Notes: generated by a model not told the origin, from the sequence alone. A stretch of 64,000 nucleotides of DNA from Omnitrophica WOR_2 bacterium GWF2_43_52 (GCA_001805445.1 MHGF01000022.1:74613-138612), one strand, 5' to 3'; positions 1-9,427 are shown, numbered from the stretch's first letter. A program made the numbers and translations.

Positions 1-784
1 AATTATCATCCTGAAGGACGACCACTTTAACCCCGTATTGTTTATGCAGCATCTCCAATTCTTCAATAACCCTTTTTGGGCTTTTGGCGCGCCATTTAAG
101 AAAATCACTCGGGGAGCGCGGGTCATACTGATCCCACTCATAGCAAAAGGTACACGCTGAAGGGCAGCCGCGGGATGAGACCATATCCACAAAGGGCTTC
201 CAATGGGTATGCCCCACATATTTATCCATCGGGAATAAATCATAAGCCGGAAGAGGTAAAGAATCCAAATCCTGCTGTAAGGCTTTATAAGGGCCCATCA
301 CAATTTCCCCATTTATTCTGGAAGTAACTCCTCCCACATTTTTTAAATCTTTCTTTTTTTCTATCGCTTCTAATAAATCATAAAAACACTCTTCCTCACC
401 CATTACCACAAAGTCCGCCGCGGGATTAGCCGCAAGGCTTTCAGTCGGCATTGCCGAATACCACAGGCCGCCGAAGATTATTTTTACCTTAGGGAGCGCC
501 TGCTTTATTTTCTTGGCTGCCTCGTTAAAATACCAGACTACCGCGTAGCCGCCGTAGGAATGAAGCTGTTCGCCCAAAACCACGATATCCGGATTTTTCT
601 CTTTCACTTGGGCGGTCATTTCATCCATAGACAATTCAAAAGCTTTACAATCCAATACCGCAACATCCTTATACCCCTTTTCCCTGACATACGCCGCCCA
701 ATGGGTATACAACTGATTCGGTGCCACATGTTTTCCATGCGTTGCCCAAGCGCCCACTTTAGGCATGACAAATAAAATTTTCAT
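1..784 (-). CDS. B12-binding radical SAM protein, truncated by the left edge
   Basis: Manual translation from ATG at 784: MKILFVMPKVGAW..., a cobalamin-binding-type N-domain (IIFGGLWYS, VVMGEEE), then SRGCPSACTFC (CxxxCxxC) and LQDDN. Absent from the ORF track because there is no stop in the window. Confidence 0.9.
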   Translation of the reverse strand, partial: MKILFVMPKVGAWATHGKHVAPNQLYTHWAAYVREKGYKDVAVLDCKAFELSMDEMTAQVKEKNPDIVVLGEQLHSYGGYAVVWYFNEAAKKIKQALPKVKIIFGGLWYSAMPTESLAANPAADFVVMGEEECFYDLLEAIEKKKDLKNVGGVTSRINGEIVMGPYKALQQDLDSLPLPAYDLFPMDKYVGHTHWKPFVDMVSSRGCPSACTFCYEWDQYDPRSPSDFLKWRAKSPKRVIEELEMLHKQYGVKVVVLQDDN

Positions 785-802
785 TCTTTATCCTCCGTCT
801 TT

Positions 803-849
803 AGGGACGGTTCTTTATTGGTAGTAATTCTATAGAAAGAACCGTCCCT
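803..849. repeat. REP-like inverted repeat
   Basis: Perfect 14-bp arms AGGGACGGTTCTTT / AAAGAACCGTCCCT; a partial related arm (agggacggtt) lies near 16058. Confidence 0.75.
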
Positions 850-858
850 GAATAGTTG

Positions 859-2250
859 TTAAAATGATTGAAAAACAATGTCTCCTTTTGCCTTGCTTAA
901 ACCGTGCGCCTCTTCATCAATCTCAACGCCAGCGAAATCATCCTGTTTATCAGGGCCAAAACTATACACAATCCAGCCATTCTCCTTTTTCACATATTTT
1001 AATGGCTTAAAATTGTCAAATGGATCTTCAGGGATTTTCTCAAGATAGGCAGGGACTAATTCTTGTAAATTCTCCAGCATCTTACCTTTTTCTATTTCGT
1101 AGCATCTTACGGCGACAGCCGCAATCAAAAGGTTTAGCCTGCTCACTGAGTTATAATAATAAACTATCTGTCGGTTATAACCAGGCATTGGCATTTGCAC
1201 AAAAAGCCTAGAAATCGTCTTGGCAATGGTTGAGGAAAACATCCATTGAAATAATTTATTCTTAAGAAGATACGGCTGTGTAAAAACGAACCACGAGAAT
1301 GGTGTAAACTTTAATACGCCTGATTGCTCATACCGTTTATTGAAGGCATTATAATTATTTTCTCGAAAAGCTGCGACGAGATAGGGATACCATTCATTAT
1401 CTGATTTATTATATTCTTTATAAATTGCCTGCCGAACCTTTTTGATAAGTTTTATTGGTTTGTCTTTAGCAGATTCTTTTCCCTTGTCAGGAGTAACAGC
1501 TTTTCCCGAGGCCTCTTGTTCCCTTTCGTTTTGTCCAAAATATTCCGAAAGAAAATCCGGAGAATCAAGCAGTCTTATTATAGTATTTCTATGAGCCGTT
1601 CTTTCTTCTTCAAAAGCGTTTTCCAGGGTAATTCTCAATTTATCGCTTTTTAGAGAAAGGAGCATACTAAGTATCGATTGGAAATCTTCGATATTGACGT
1701 TTTCATTTTGTTCAAGGTACCTGTCTATGGCAGAATATAATGGCGTTTCCGTAACCCAAACCGTTGCTTTTGTGAGCAGGATAAATGCTTTTTGTTGCTC
1801 TAAATGTCTGACATAACGCGTAAGCGCAAGATAATTTTCTAAAGCCAAATCGGGCTTATGTTCTTCTTCATACAATTTAGCTTCTAACATCATTAACTTT
1901 GCTATACGCAATTCTTTTAAATGGGAAGGCCCCATTGCAATTAAATCTTTTACCGGCGGCTTACCAAAAGTAAAGTCACAATAGGTGATCTCAGTTGCCT
2001 TCTTAAATCCCTCTATCGCTTCTTTGTTTTGGGCGAGAATAGCTTTTAATCCCTCATTACCCTCTTTCCAGCCATCCTTGATTACCTTATTTATCTCATC
2101 ATGAGGAAAAGATGAAATATCGGAAAATAAAGATGACGCTTGTTGATACATCGTAGCGGCATTTTCTTCAGCATAGCTTGAAGCAATAAATAATATGCTA
2201 GATAGAAAGATAAAAAAACAAGTACATCTTAACCTATTTTTGCTTGGCAT
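859..2250 (-). CDS. Hypothetical secreted protein with C-terminal GspG-like DPF...YSxGPD motif
   Basis: 463-aa ORF with a hydrophobic signal ending in SYA; C-terminal IPEDPF...WIVYSFGPDKQDD. Confidence 0.7.
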   Translation of the reverse strand: MPSKNRLRCTCFFIFLSSILFIASSYAEENAATMYQQASSLFSDISSFPHDEINKVIKDGWKEGNEGLKAILAQNKEAIEGFKKATEITYCDFTFGKPPVKDLIAMGPSHLKELRIAKLMMLEAKLYEEEHKPDLALENYLALTRYVRHLEQQKAFILLTKATVWVTETPLYSAIDRYLEQNENVNIEDFQSILSMLLSLKSDKLRITLENAFEEERTAHRNTIIRLLDSPDFLSEYFGQNEREQEASGKAVTPDKGKESAKDKPIKLIKKVRQAIYKEYNKSDNEWYPYLVAAFRENNYNAFNKRYEQSGVLKFTPFSWFVFTQPYLLKNKLFQWMFSSTIAKTISRLFVQMPMPGYNRQIVYYYNSVSRLNLLIAAVAVRCYEIEKGKMLENLQELVPAYLEKIPEDPFDNFKPLKYVKKENGWIVYSFGPDKQDDFAGVEIDEEAHGLSKAKGDIVFQSF

Positions 2251-2253
2251 TTA

Positions 2254-3483
2254 CTATTCTTTCTCCACTACCAGCGCTGAGTTTATTCCTCCTCTGCCGC
2301 GGGAAATCACCAGAGCCTTATTTATCTTATGCTCTTTGGCTTCTTTTTTGATATAGTTTAGGCCGTTATTTGCCGGCTCATCCAAGTTTATGGTTGGGGG
2401 AACTAAATTATGCTCCATGCTCAGAATTGTGGTAATCATATCTACCGCCCCTGATGCGCCCAACAAATTACCGAACATTGACTTAGGGCAGCTGGTGGGA
2501 AGAGTCTTTGCCTTAGCGCCAAAGACCTGCTTTATAGCACTCACTTCGCCCAAATCCCAATCATCGCAAGCCATACCGTCTAAACTAATATAATCTATTT
2601 TTTCCGGAGAAACCTTGGCATCATCCAAAGCCATTTGAATTGCCCGGGCTAATTCCTTACCGTCAGTCGCCGGATTAATCCTGTCTTTTGCGTCGCAGGT
2701 TGTGCCATATCCGGAAATCACCGCCTGGATATTTGCCTTACGAGCCTTGGCGCGTTCAATATTTTCTAGCGTTACAATCCCCGCGCCTTCGCCAATCACA
2801 CAACCGTCGCGTTTTTTGTCAAATGGCCGATACGCGCTTTGGGGATTATCATTATTTTTGGATAAACAGCCGTAGGTATTACAACACAAAAGGGCGTAGG
2901 GAGTAACCGGCGCTTCCATTCCTCCGGCAAGAATCAAATTCAACTTATCCTTACCCAAAGTCTTACTGGCATAACCTAAAGCCATCAAAGAGCTGGCCCG
3001 GTCAGAAACTACGGTTTTACTAAAACCCTTGATACCGTAATAAATGGAAACCTGGCCTTGGGGAGCCGCGGGAAACCAAGCGCTGGCCATATACGGTGAA
3101 ACCCCTGAGCGTCCTTCCAAATATAAATCCCGCAATTCCGTTTCCGCGTAAAGCCAGCCGCCAATGGCATTGCCTAAAAATATCCCCACCAAATTGGGGT
3201 CTTCTTTTTGAATGTCAAGGCCGGCATCCTGCAGGCTCATTTCCGAGGCAATCAATGCCATATGCGAAAAGGCATCCATCTTTTTTAAGAGGCGCTCGGA
3301 GACATGCGTATAAGCATCCAAATCATCAATCTGCCCGGCAATGTGCGACGAATAATCCTTGGCGTCAAAACGGGTGATAGGCTTAATGAAACTTCTTCCT
3401 GCCTTAATATTCGCCCAGAACTGGCGCTTGCCGATGCCGCTGGGGGCAACAATCCCAATTCCTGTAACTGCTATTTTACGCAT
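2254..3483 (-). CDS. Type II PKS chain-length factor (KS-beta)
   Basis: KAS fold. Catalytic Cys replaced (VVSDRASSL), His sites replaced (SLDG, FGNLLG), CLF-like SPYMASAWFPAAPQGQVSI. Confidence 0.85.
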   Translation of the reverse strand: MRKIAVTGIGIVAPSGIGKRQFWANIKAGRSFIKPITRFDAKDYSSHIAGQIDDLDAYTHVSERLLKKMDAFSHMALIASEMSLQDAGLDIQKEDPNLVGIFLGNAIGGWLYAETELRDLYLEGRSGVSPYMASAWFPAAPQGQVSIYYGIKGFSKTVVSDRASSLMALGYASKTLGKDKLNLILAGGMEAPVTPYALLCCNTYGCLSKNNDNPQSAYRPFDKKRDGCVIGEGAGIVTLENIERAKARKANIQAVISGYGTTCDAKDRINPATDGKELARAIQMALDDAKVSPEKIDYISLDGMACDDWDLGEVSAIKQVFGAKAKTLPTSCPKSMFGNLLGASGAVDMITTILSMEHNLVPPTINLDEPANNGLNYIKKEAKEHKINKALVISRGRGGINSALVVEKE

Positions 3484-3509
3484 TCCCTCTCCATTAAAAA
3501 ATAATGCTT

Positions 3510-3565
3510 CGTGTGCCGTGTACCGCTCACCGTGTACCGTTACGGTGAACGGTACACGGTAAACG
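3510..3565. repeat. Inverted array of heptamer repeats
   Basis: cgtgtgc cgtgtac cgctcac cgtgtac followed by the reverse-complement units acggtga acggtac acggtaa. Confidence 0.8.
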
Positions 3566-3571
3566 CAACAA

Positions 3572-4831
3572 TCATTCCATTCTTTTTAACACTAGTGATG
3601 AATGTATCCCGGAAAAACCGCTTGAGGTTTTGATAATCATATTTACCTTTTTCTGCCGGGCAGTATTAGGGATATAATCCAGGTCGCATAATGGATCTTT
3701 TTCTTCCTGATTTATCGTAGGAGGTAAAATGTTCTTCTGAAAAATCATGGCGCAGACACTTAGCTCAACGGCATTGGCTGCCGCCAAAGGATGCCCAATC
3801 ATAGACTTAAGCGAACTCATCGGCAGTTTATACGCATAATCCCCAAAGACCATTTTGTAAGCGCTGGTTTCAAAAATATCGTTCATCCGGGTGGATGAGC
3901 CGTGGGCGCTGATATAATCTATATCCCGCGGCTTTACCGCGGCATCCTTAAGGGCTAAATTGATACAACTTGCCATTGCCGTGCCGTCTGCGGGAAGGTC
4001 AGTCATATGAAAGGCGTTGCAACTGGTGCCAAATCCGATGACTTCACAATAAATATGGGCGTTTCGTTTAAGCGCATGATTTAATTCCTCTAAAATTAAA
4101 ATCCCCGCGCCTTCGGAAAGCACAAACCCATCGCGTTTTTTATCAAACGGCCGCGATGCCTTTTCCGGAAAATCGTTACGCACGGACAATACATTCACCA
4201 CATCAAACGCCCCAAAGGTAATCGGCGTAAGGGGCGCTTCGGCAGCTCCGGCTATCATAATATCCGCTTCTCCATCCTGAATCGTCTCTAAGCAAAAACC
4301 TAAAGAATCCGTGCCGGCGGTGCATCCGGTTGAAATGGTATTACAAAGGCCATTCAACCCATATCGGGCGGAAAGCTCAATTGACGGAGTATTAAACATC
4401 GCGGCATCATAGAGGTCAGGGCGGACTAATTTTGGATTGATGGGATTTTTGCCGTTATCGGTAACTAAAGAAAACTCCTCCTCCATATATTTTGTCCCGC
4501 AGATAGCATTGGCTAATGACACACCTACTCTTTCTGTATCTTCTTTACTAAAATCCAAACCGCTATCTTTAATAGCCATATCCCCTGCCACTACCCCAAA
4601 CTGCACATATCTATCCATGCGCACCGCCTCATCATGGGTAAGCCCAAGTTTAAACGGGTCAAAATCCCTCACCTCAGCGGCAATCCGGGTATTAAACACC
4701 GAAACATCAAAATCATCCACCAGCCTCACCGCAGATTTTCCGTTAATCATGGCATTATAGACATTATCTTTACCAATGCCGTTAGGCGAAATCACGCCGA
4801 TTCCTGTTATCACTACGCGTCTTTTTTGCAT
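3572..4831 (-). CDS. Type II PKS ketosynthase alpha
   Basis: ISTGCTAGTD (catalytic Cys), SAHGSST and SMIGH (His-His); adjacent to a CLF-like paralog. Confidence 0.9.
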   Translation of the reverse strand: MQKRRVVITGIGVISPNGIGKDNVYNAMINGKSAVRLVDDFDVSVFNTRIAAEVRDFDPFKLGLTHDEAVRMDRYVQFGVVAGDMAIKDSGLDFSKEDTERVGVSLANAICGTKYMEEEFSLVTDNGKNPINPKLVRPDLYDAAMFNTPSIELSARYGLNGLCNTISTGCTAGTDSLGFCLETIQDGEADIMIAGAAEAPLTPITFGAFDVVNVLSVRNDFPEKASRPFDKKRDGFVLSEGAGILILEELNHALKRNAHIYCEVIGFGTSCNAFHMTDLPADGTAMASCINLALKDAAVKPRDIDYISAHGSSTRMNDIFETSAYKMVFGDYAYKLPMSSLKSMIGHPLAAANAVELSVCAMIFQKNILPPTINQEEKDPLCDLDYIPNTARQKKVNMIIKTSSGFSGIHSSLVLKRME

Positions 4832-4846
4832 AATTTATTTTTTCTC

Positions 4847-5485
4847 CTAACAACCACAGGGCGGTGGGACTTTATTTTTAGAAACCACATCTTTATTTTC
4901 CGCTTCGCCTGTCCGCGTCACTTTAAATACTATATGGCCGCCGTCTGGACAAGTTACCGTATCTATAGAATCGGGGTCCTTCATAAAGAAAAACTTAGCC
5001 CCGAAATTAAGGGCAAATAATGCCGGAAACATCGTATGGAATGCCGCGCCGCAAAAATTAGGAATAGTCTCTAAACCTTTGGTTTCCCATTTCTGGCCTA
5101 AAACATACTTATAGGCGCAATGGCCCTCAGATTTAACGACTTCAACAGCCATCTTTTTTGGTTTTGGGCCTTTCCAATTTTGGTCTTTAGGTATAAACTC
5201 AACCTTACCATCCTTATCCAAAACCTCGGCCTTAAATTCTAACTTTCCTCCGTCAGGACAAGTGGTCAATAACGAGCGCTGGTTTTCCATAAAAGGAAAC
5301 CGCGCCCCAAAGCTTAAGGCATAGATTACAGGAAAAAGCACCTGGGCTAGGCCTAAACAAAAGTGCTCCGGAGGATGGGTAAAATCTTCTAAAATTAATA
5401 CATCCCCCAATTTATAGTTATGATAACAGTGCCCCCCGACCTTATTGACCGTAAGTTTTAATTTTGGAAACGGCGTCTCTACCAT
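4847..5485 (-). CDS. TIGR04076-like protein with tandem duplicated Cys-rich domains
   Basis: Two repeats of GHC..Y..G...FC.....LFP...AL.FGA.F.FM.....TCPDGG. Confidence 0.75.
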   Translation of the reverse strand: MVETPFPKLKLTVNKVGGHCYHNYKLGDVLILEDFTHPPEHFCLGLAQVLFPVIYALSFGARFPFMENQRSLLTTCPDGGKLEFKAEVLDKDGKVEFIPKDQNWKGPKPKKMAVEVVKSEGHCAYKYVLGQKWETKGLETIPNFCGAAFHTMFPALFALNFGAKFFFMKDPDSIDTVTCPDGGHIVFKVTRTGEAENKDVVSKNKVPPPCGC

Positions 5486-5504
5486 CTATAAATCCTCCCT
5501 GAGA

Positions 5505-5535
5505 AACCAATTCAACCTACGAGGTTGAATTGGTT
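5505..5535. repeat. REP-like palindrome (CAACCTACGAGGTTGAA family)
   Basis: aaccaattcaacct-acg-aggttgaattggtt; the same 17-mer occurs twice, inverted, at 18764-18806. Confidence 0.8.
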
Positions 5536-6532
5536 ATAATCCTTTTGTTTTTTCTATGAGCTCTTTTACATCTAAAAAGCGCTTACTTTTCTCTACCGTA
5601 TGCACAAGCTCAACTAATTTTCCATTGAGTTTGGCGCAGATACTGTGCTCTTTTGCCAAAGCTACAAACGCGCCATTAATATAATCAATTTCCGAAAGGC
5701 GATTTCTTTTAATGCTCTGAAGTATTGAGCCATACAAAGGCTCTTTGCTTAAATTCATCATAATACCGGAAAATATCTTCGCCGACTCATCCAAGGGCAA
5801 TGCCGCTAATTTTTCCAGGCGTTCCAAAGGGAAATCCGGCAAAGAAACAAGCTTTATTCCTACCTTTGTAATAATAGCCAGCCCCTCTTGCCAAATACGC
5901 ATACTCAGCTTGCAAAGCTCTGAATTGCTAAAAGTTTCTTGCATGCTTTTACCAATAAGCGCGGGCAAACAATTATTGGCATTGACAAAAACCTTAAGCC
6001 ACTTCATTCCTGCAATATCATCAGTTGTAATAACAGGAAAAATTTTATTTAAAAAAACGGCAATTTCTTCTGCCTTTGTATCATTCTTCATAAACGGCCT
6101 GCCGATAATCCATTTCCCCTCAAAATTATGCACGATTTTATTTAAGCCTAAATAGGTTGAGCCAAACATCACGATGCTTGAGATAATCTTTTCTTCAGAA
6201 AAATATTTGGCTAAAATTTTATCCGCCTGTATGCCGTTTTGAGTGGTTAAAATTATCGTATTCTTTAAATACGCTAAATTTTCTTTTATAACCTTTTCAA
6301 TATCCTGTGTCTTTACGGTAAGAATGGCAAGATCAACTTTTTTCCCTAATTTTGGGACAATATCAATTTTTATTTTCAAGTCGCCGCGCGTGCCGGAGAT
6401 TTCGAAGCCGTTTTTGCTGATAGCCTCAACTGCCTCCTTGCGGCCGACTAAAAAAACATCCTCCCCTCTATGCTTAAGGTAGCCCGCAACCAAACCACCA
6501 ATTGCCCCTGGGCCTATGACTGCTATTTTCAT
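5534..6532 (-). CDS. Ketopantoate reductase (PanE/ApbA) family protein
   Basis: GPGAIGG Rossmann motif, LTVKT, QNGI, WLKVFVN, SEIDYING. Confidence 0.9.
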   Translation of the reverse strand: MKIAVIGPGAIGGLVAGYLKHRGEDVFLVGRKEAVEAISKNGFEISGTRGDLKIKIDIVPKLGKKVDLAILTVKTQDIEKVIKENLAYLKNTIILTTQNGIQADKILAKYFSEEKIISSIVMFGSTYLGLNKIVHNFEGKWIIGRPFMKNDTKAEEIAVFLNKIFPVITTDDIAGMKWLKVFVNANNCLPALIGKSMQETFSNSELCKLSMRIWQEGLAIITKVGIKLVSLPDFPLERLEKLAALPLDESAKIFSGIMMNLSKEPLYGSILQSIKRNRLSEIDYINGAFVALAKEHSICAKLNGKLVELVHTVEKSKRFLDVKELIEKTKGL

Positions 6533-6621
6533 AGTTCGCTTCGCTCACTCACGAATTACCACGAATTTTTATCGAATTTACACAAATTAAATCTATATTT
6601 TATTCGTGGCCTTTCGGCTTC

Positions 6622-6897
6622 TTATTCGTGTGAATTCGTGTTTCTCGGAAAGCCATACTTCCTATAATCAAACCCTACATCTTCCAAAAGGCGAATCATC
6701 AGGCTATAAAAAGGTTTAGGTACATCGCTAAAAAGCGCGGCAATAACATCTTGTTCTTCAACCTGGCGTACGGCGCGCGCTTTTGCATTTTCCTGAGCCT
6801 TAAGCGTTACCGCTTCTTCGGCAATACGCCGGTGAAACACCGGCATCTTAGCAACCATTAACTTAAATTTTTCTTGTGTCTTTATATTCCACTCCAT
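6622..6897 (-). CDS. Small PCP-reductase-type (DUF2621/BchB C-terminal-like) protein
   Basis: MEWN...KMPVFHRRIAE...AQENAK pattern typical of this helical domain. Confidence 0.65.
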   Translation of the reverse strand: MEWNIKTQEKFKLMVAKMPVFHRRIAEEAVTLKAQENAKARAVRQVEEQDVIAALFSDVPKPFYSLMIRLLEDVGFDYRKYGFPRNTNSHE

Positions 6898-6974
6898 AAT
6901 TTGCTCACTCCGCTCGCAAATAGTCGATAGCCTATAGTCGATTGTCCGCAGTAAGATCTATAGCTTATCGATTA

Positions 6975-8516
6975 TTAACTGTCGACCGCTTTCAGCTTTT
7001 CCTTTTGTATCTTCCCACTTGGGGTCTTGGGTAAGGTATCTCTGATTTCTACATTATGGGGAACCTTAAAATGCGCTAAATGCTCCCGGCAAAAAGAGCG
7101 GATATCTTCGGTGGTTGCCTCAACACCTTGCTTAAAGACCACAAACGCTTTGACGATTTCACCCCGCAGTTTATCCGGTATACCCACTACCGCCGCTTCT
7201 TGCACTGACGGGTGTTTTAAAAGCACGTTTTCCACTTCAAAAGAGTAAACAATCTCACCGGAAACTTTAATCATATCCTTTTTACGGCCTACTATATAAA
7301 GGAAACCTTCCTCATCAAATCTTCCTAAATCACCAGTGTGAAACCAGCCGTTTTTAATTACCTCTGAGGTAGTTTCTGGGTCCTTATAGTAGCCTTCCAT
7401 CACCACCCAGCCTTTAATAATAATCTCCCCTACCTCACCTTTCGGTAATTCCGTATCATCGTCAGCGGCTATTTTTACCTCAACCCATGGCGCTGGCTTT
7501 CCTATACTTTCAATTTTTTTTGAACCAAGAGGAATGACGGTGTTCGGCGGGCAGGTCTCAGTAAGCCCCCAGCCGTTTAAAAGATGCGCCTTAGGACAAT
7601 ACTGCTGGAATCGCCTCAAGGAATGAGGATCGCTCGGCGCCCCAAACACCACCACCCAGCGTAAGCTGGATAAATCAAAACTCTCAAACTCCTTTAAGTT
7701 TAAAATGGCATAATACATTGAAGGCACTAAATGAAAACAGGTGACTTTATATTTCTGGATATTCCTTAAGAATTCTAAAGGTTGAAAACGCTCCATCAAT
7801 ACAAGAGTAATTCCGTAGCAAATACAATTCTGGATATAAACAAGCCCGCCTGAATGGGACAAAGGAAGCGCGGAAAGTTTTACATCCTTATCCGTTAAAT
7901 CCACAAAATACTCCATAGCCTTTGGCGAACCGTCAAGATGCTTATAATTAAGCGAAATTCCTTTGGGCGAGCCGGTTGTGCCGGAAGTATACATAATAAG
8001 CGCGGGGTCTGTATCTTCTACTTTTATATCGGTAGGAAACGGCCTTGCAGAGGCTACCATATCCGTAAAAGAGCGAAAGCCGCTCTTCTGCGGCTCTAAA
8101 ACAATTACATGGGCTAAGCTGGAGGCTCGGTTTTTCAGGCTTTCAAGTGAAAGCCGCTCTTTTTCCTTAGCAATTAAAGCCTTGGCTTCACAATGGCTTA
8201 AACAGCTCGCCAGTTCATCCTCGGTAAGCATGTAATCCAGAGGAACAATGGTAGCGCCTATAGAAAATAGGGCCAAATAGCTATAGATATATTCAGGGCA
8301 ATTAGGTAAGTAAATGGCAACCTTGTCTGATTTCTTTATGCCTAAGCTAAGCAGACCATTGGCGAGCTTAAAGACATTATCATAGAGCTCTAAGAAGCTA
8401 ATCGGCTTGTCTCTTCCCGATAAATCGGGATCCCGACTCTTTTGTCGGGAAAAGATTATGGCCGGCTTGGAATGGAATTTCTTGGTAGTATCAATTAAGA
8501 CTTGGGCGACATTCAT
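6975..8516 (-). CDS. Acyl-CoA synthetase / AMP-dependent ligase
   Basis: YTSGTTGSPKG, GWGLTET, WFHTGDLG, GRKKDMI, PKTPSGKIQK. Confidence 0.95.
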   Translation of the reverse strand: MNVAQVLIDTTKKFHSKPAIIFSRQKSRDPDLSGRDKPISFLELYDNVFKLANGLLSLGIKKSDKVAIYLPNCPEYIYSYLALFSIGATIVPLDYMLTEDELASCLSHCEAKALIAKEKERLSLESLKNRASSLAHVIVLEPQKSGFRSFTDMVASARPFPTDIKVEDTDPALIMYTSGTTGSPKGISLNYKHLDGSPKAMEYFVDLTDKDVKLSALPLSHSGGLVYIQNCICYGITLVLMERFQPLEFLRNIQKYKVTCFHLVPSMYYAILNLKEFESFDLSSLRWVVVFGAPSDPHSLRRFQQYCPKAHLLNGWGLTETCPPNTVIPLGSKKIESIGKPAPWVEVKIAADDDTELPKGEVGEIIIKGWVVMEGYYKDPETTSEVIKNGWFHTGDLGRFDEEGFLYIVGRKKDMIKVSGEIVYSFEVENVLLKHPSVQEAAVVGIPDKLRGEIVKAFVVFKQGVEATTEDIRSFCREHLAHFKVPHNVEIRDTLPKTPSGKIQKEKLKAVDS

Positions 8517-8639
8517 TTGATGTACTCACTAACAATGGGATCCCACAGTTAAAGGCGGATAATCGCTACGAAGCCCTCCCGTCGTTTGCATGTTCAGGGC
8601 GAAGCAGGATAGTAAAATTTTACTATTTAACTTTTCTTA

Positions 8640-8668
8640 ATTATAAGAGGCATAAAACCTATTGTCAA
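8640..8668 (-). promoter_or_regulatory. Consensus sigma-70 promoter of the PKS operon
   Basis: Minus strand TTGACA-17 nt-TATAAT, a perfect match, about 125 nt upstream of the ligase. Confidence 0.8.
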
Positions 8669-8798
8669 TAATTATTTTGCGAAGGTTTCTATGATGAGGT
8701 AATTGCTGGAAAATGGATCTGGATTCCCCGGTTAAGCCGAAGAATAACAGAATACCCAAATTTACTGTTACCGGTTACAATTAAGGCGGGATTATGAT

Positions 8799-9092
8799 CT
8801 ACGGATGTGGGGTTATGGCAGCGACACTTATTTGATTCTTTCGCGGCCCATAATACCAAAATATACGATACGCGCCAGGAGTAGAAGCTTGAGCATATGC
8901 CTCAAAAACTTTTTCTCCATGCGGCCCTTTAAGGCTTGTGAATTCATGCGTATTTAAACTCGGATGGCGAAGGTTGTGCTGCATCAGGGCTAGAGTTTTT
9001 TTGACTGCCTTCTCAATCTTCCTGCGAGAACGATCGTTTTCAAGCGCGGTTAACTGTTCTTGCGCCGTATCCGTAAGAACAATTTCATTCAT
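8799..9092 (-). CDS. RelE/ParE-superfamily toxin-like protein
   Basis: 97 aa with HPSLNTHE...VFEAY...YRIFWYYGP...ITPHP; overlaps the upstream small gene. Confidence 0.7.
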   Translation of the reverse strand: MNEIVLTDTAQEQLTALENDRSRRKIEKAVKKTLALMQHNLRHPSLNTHEFTSLKGPHGEKVFEAYAQASTPGAYRIFWYYGPRKNQISVAAITPHP

Positions 9093-9339
9093 TATCTTGC
9101 AAATGTTTAGACATATCCGGTAATTTATGCTTGGGTTTTTCGCTTAAACCACGCTTAACGCTGGATAAGGCCGCGGCATTCTTATAAAGCCACGCTTCAT
9201 GTTCTGGAACAGCCACCATAGGCTCAAGGACAATCTTGCCGGCGATTATTTCAGCATTATAAAGAGTAACCTTTAATTTTCCTGCCTTTATAATTTTACC
9301 TAATGGAATACGTTTGCGTTCATCTAACGACAATAACAT
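9085..9339 (-). CDS. AbrB-like antitoxin
   Basis: LDERKRIPLGK...IVLEP...EAWLYKN...VKRGL. AGGAGG precedes the ATG at 9339, so the start was moved from 9369. Confidence 0.65.
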   Translation of the reverse strand: MLLSLDERKRIPLGKIIKAGKLKVTLYNAEIIAGKIVLEPMVAVPEHEAWLYKNAAALSSVKRGLSEKPKHKLPDMSKHLQDNE

Positions 9340-9373
9340 GGGGAACTCCTCCTTTTTCGCTCGCTCCATCTAA

Positions 9374-9402
9374 AGTATACAATATTGTATCAATGTTGTC
9401 AA
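9374..9402 (-). promoter_or_regulatory. TA promoter with overlapping palindromic operator
   Basis: TTGACA-17 nt-TATACT; the perfect palindrome ATACAATATTGTAT (9377-9390) overlaps the -10 element. Confidence 0.7.
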
Positions 9403-9427
9403 GTGGGTATTGTTACAGATATAGTTT

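Noticed and set aside
2254-4831. Ordinary duplicated fabF genes
   Set aside because: The second copy lacks the Cys-His-His triad and has CLF-type motifs.
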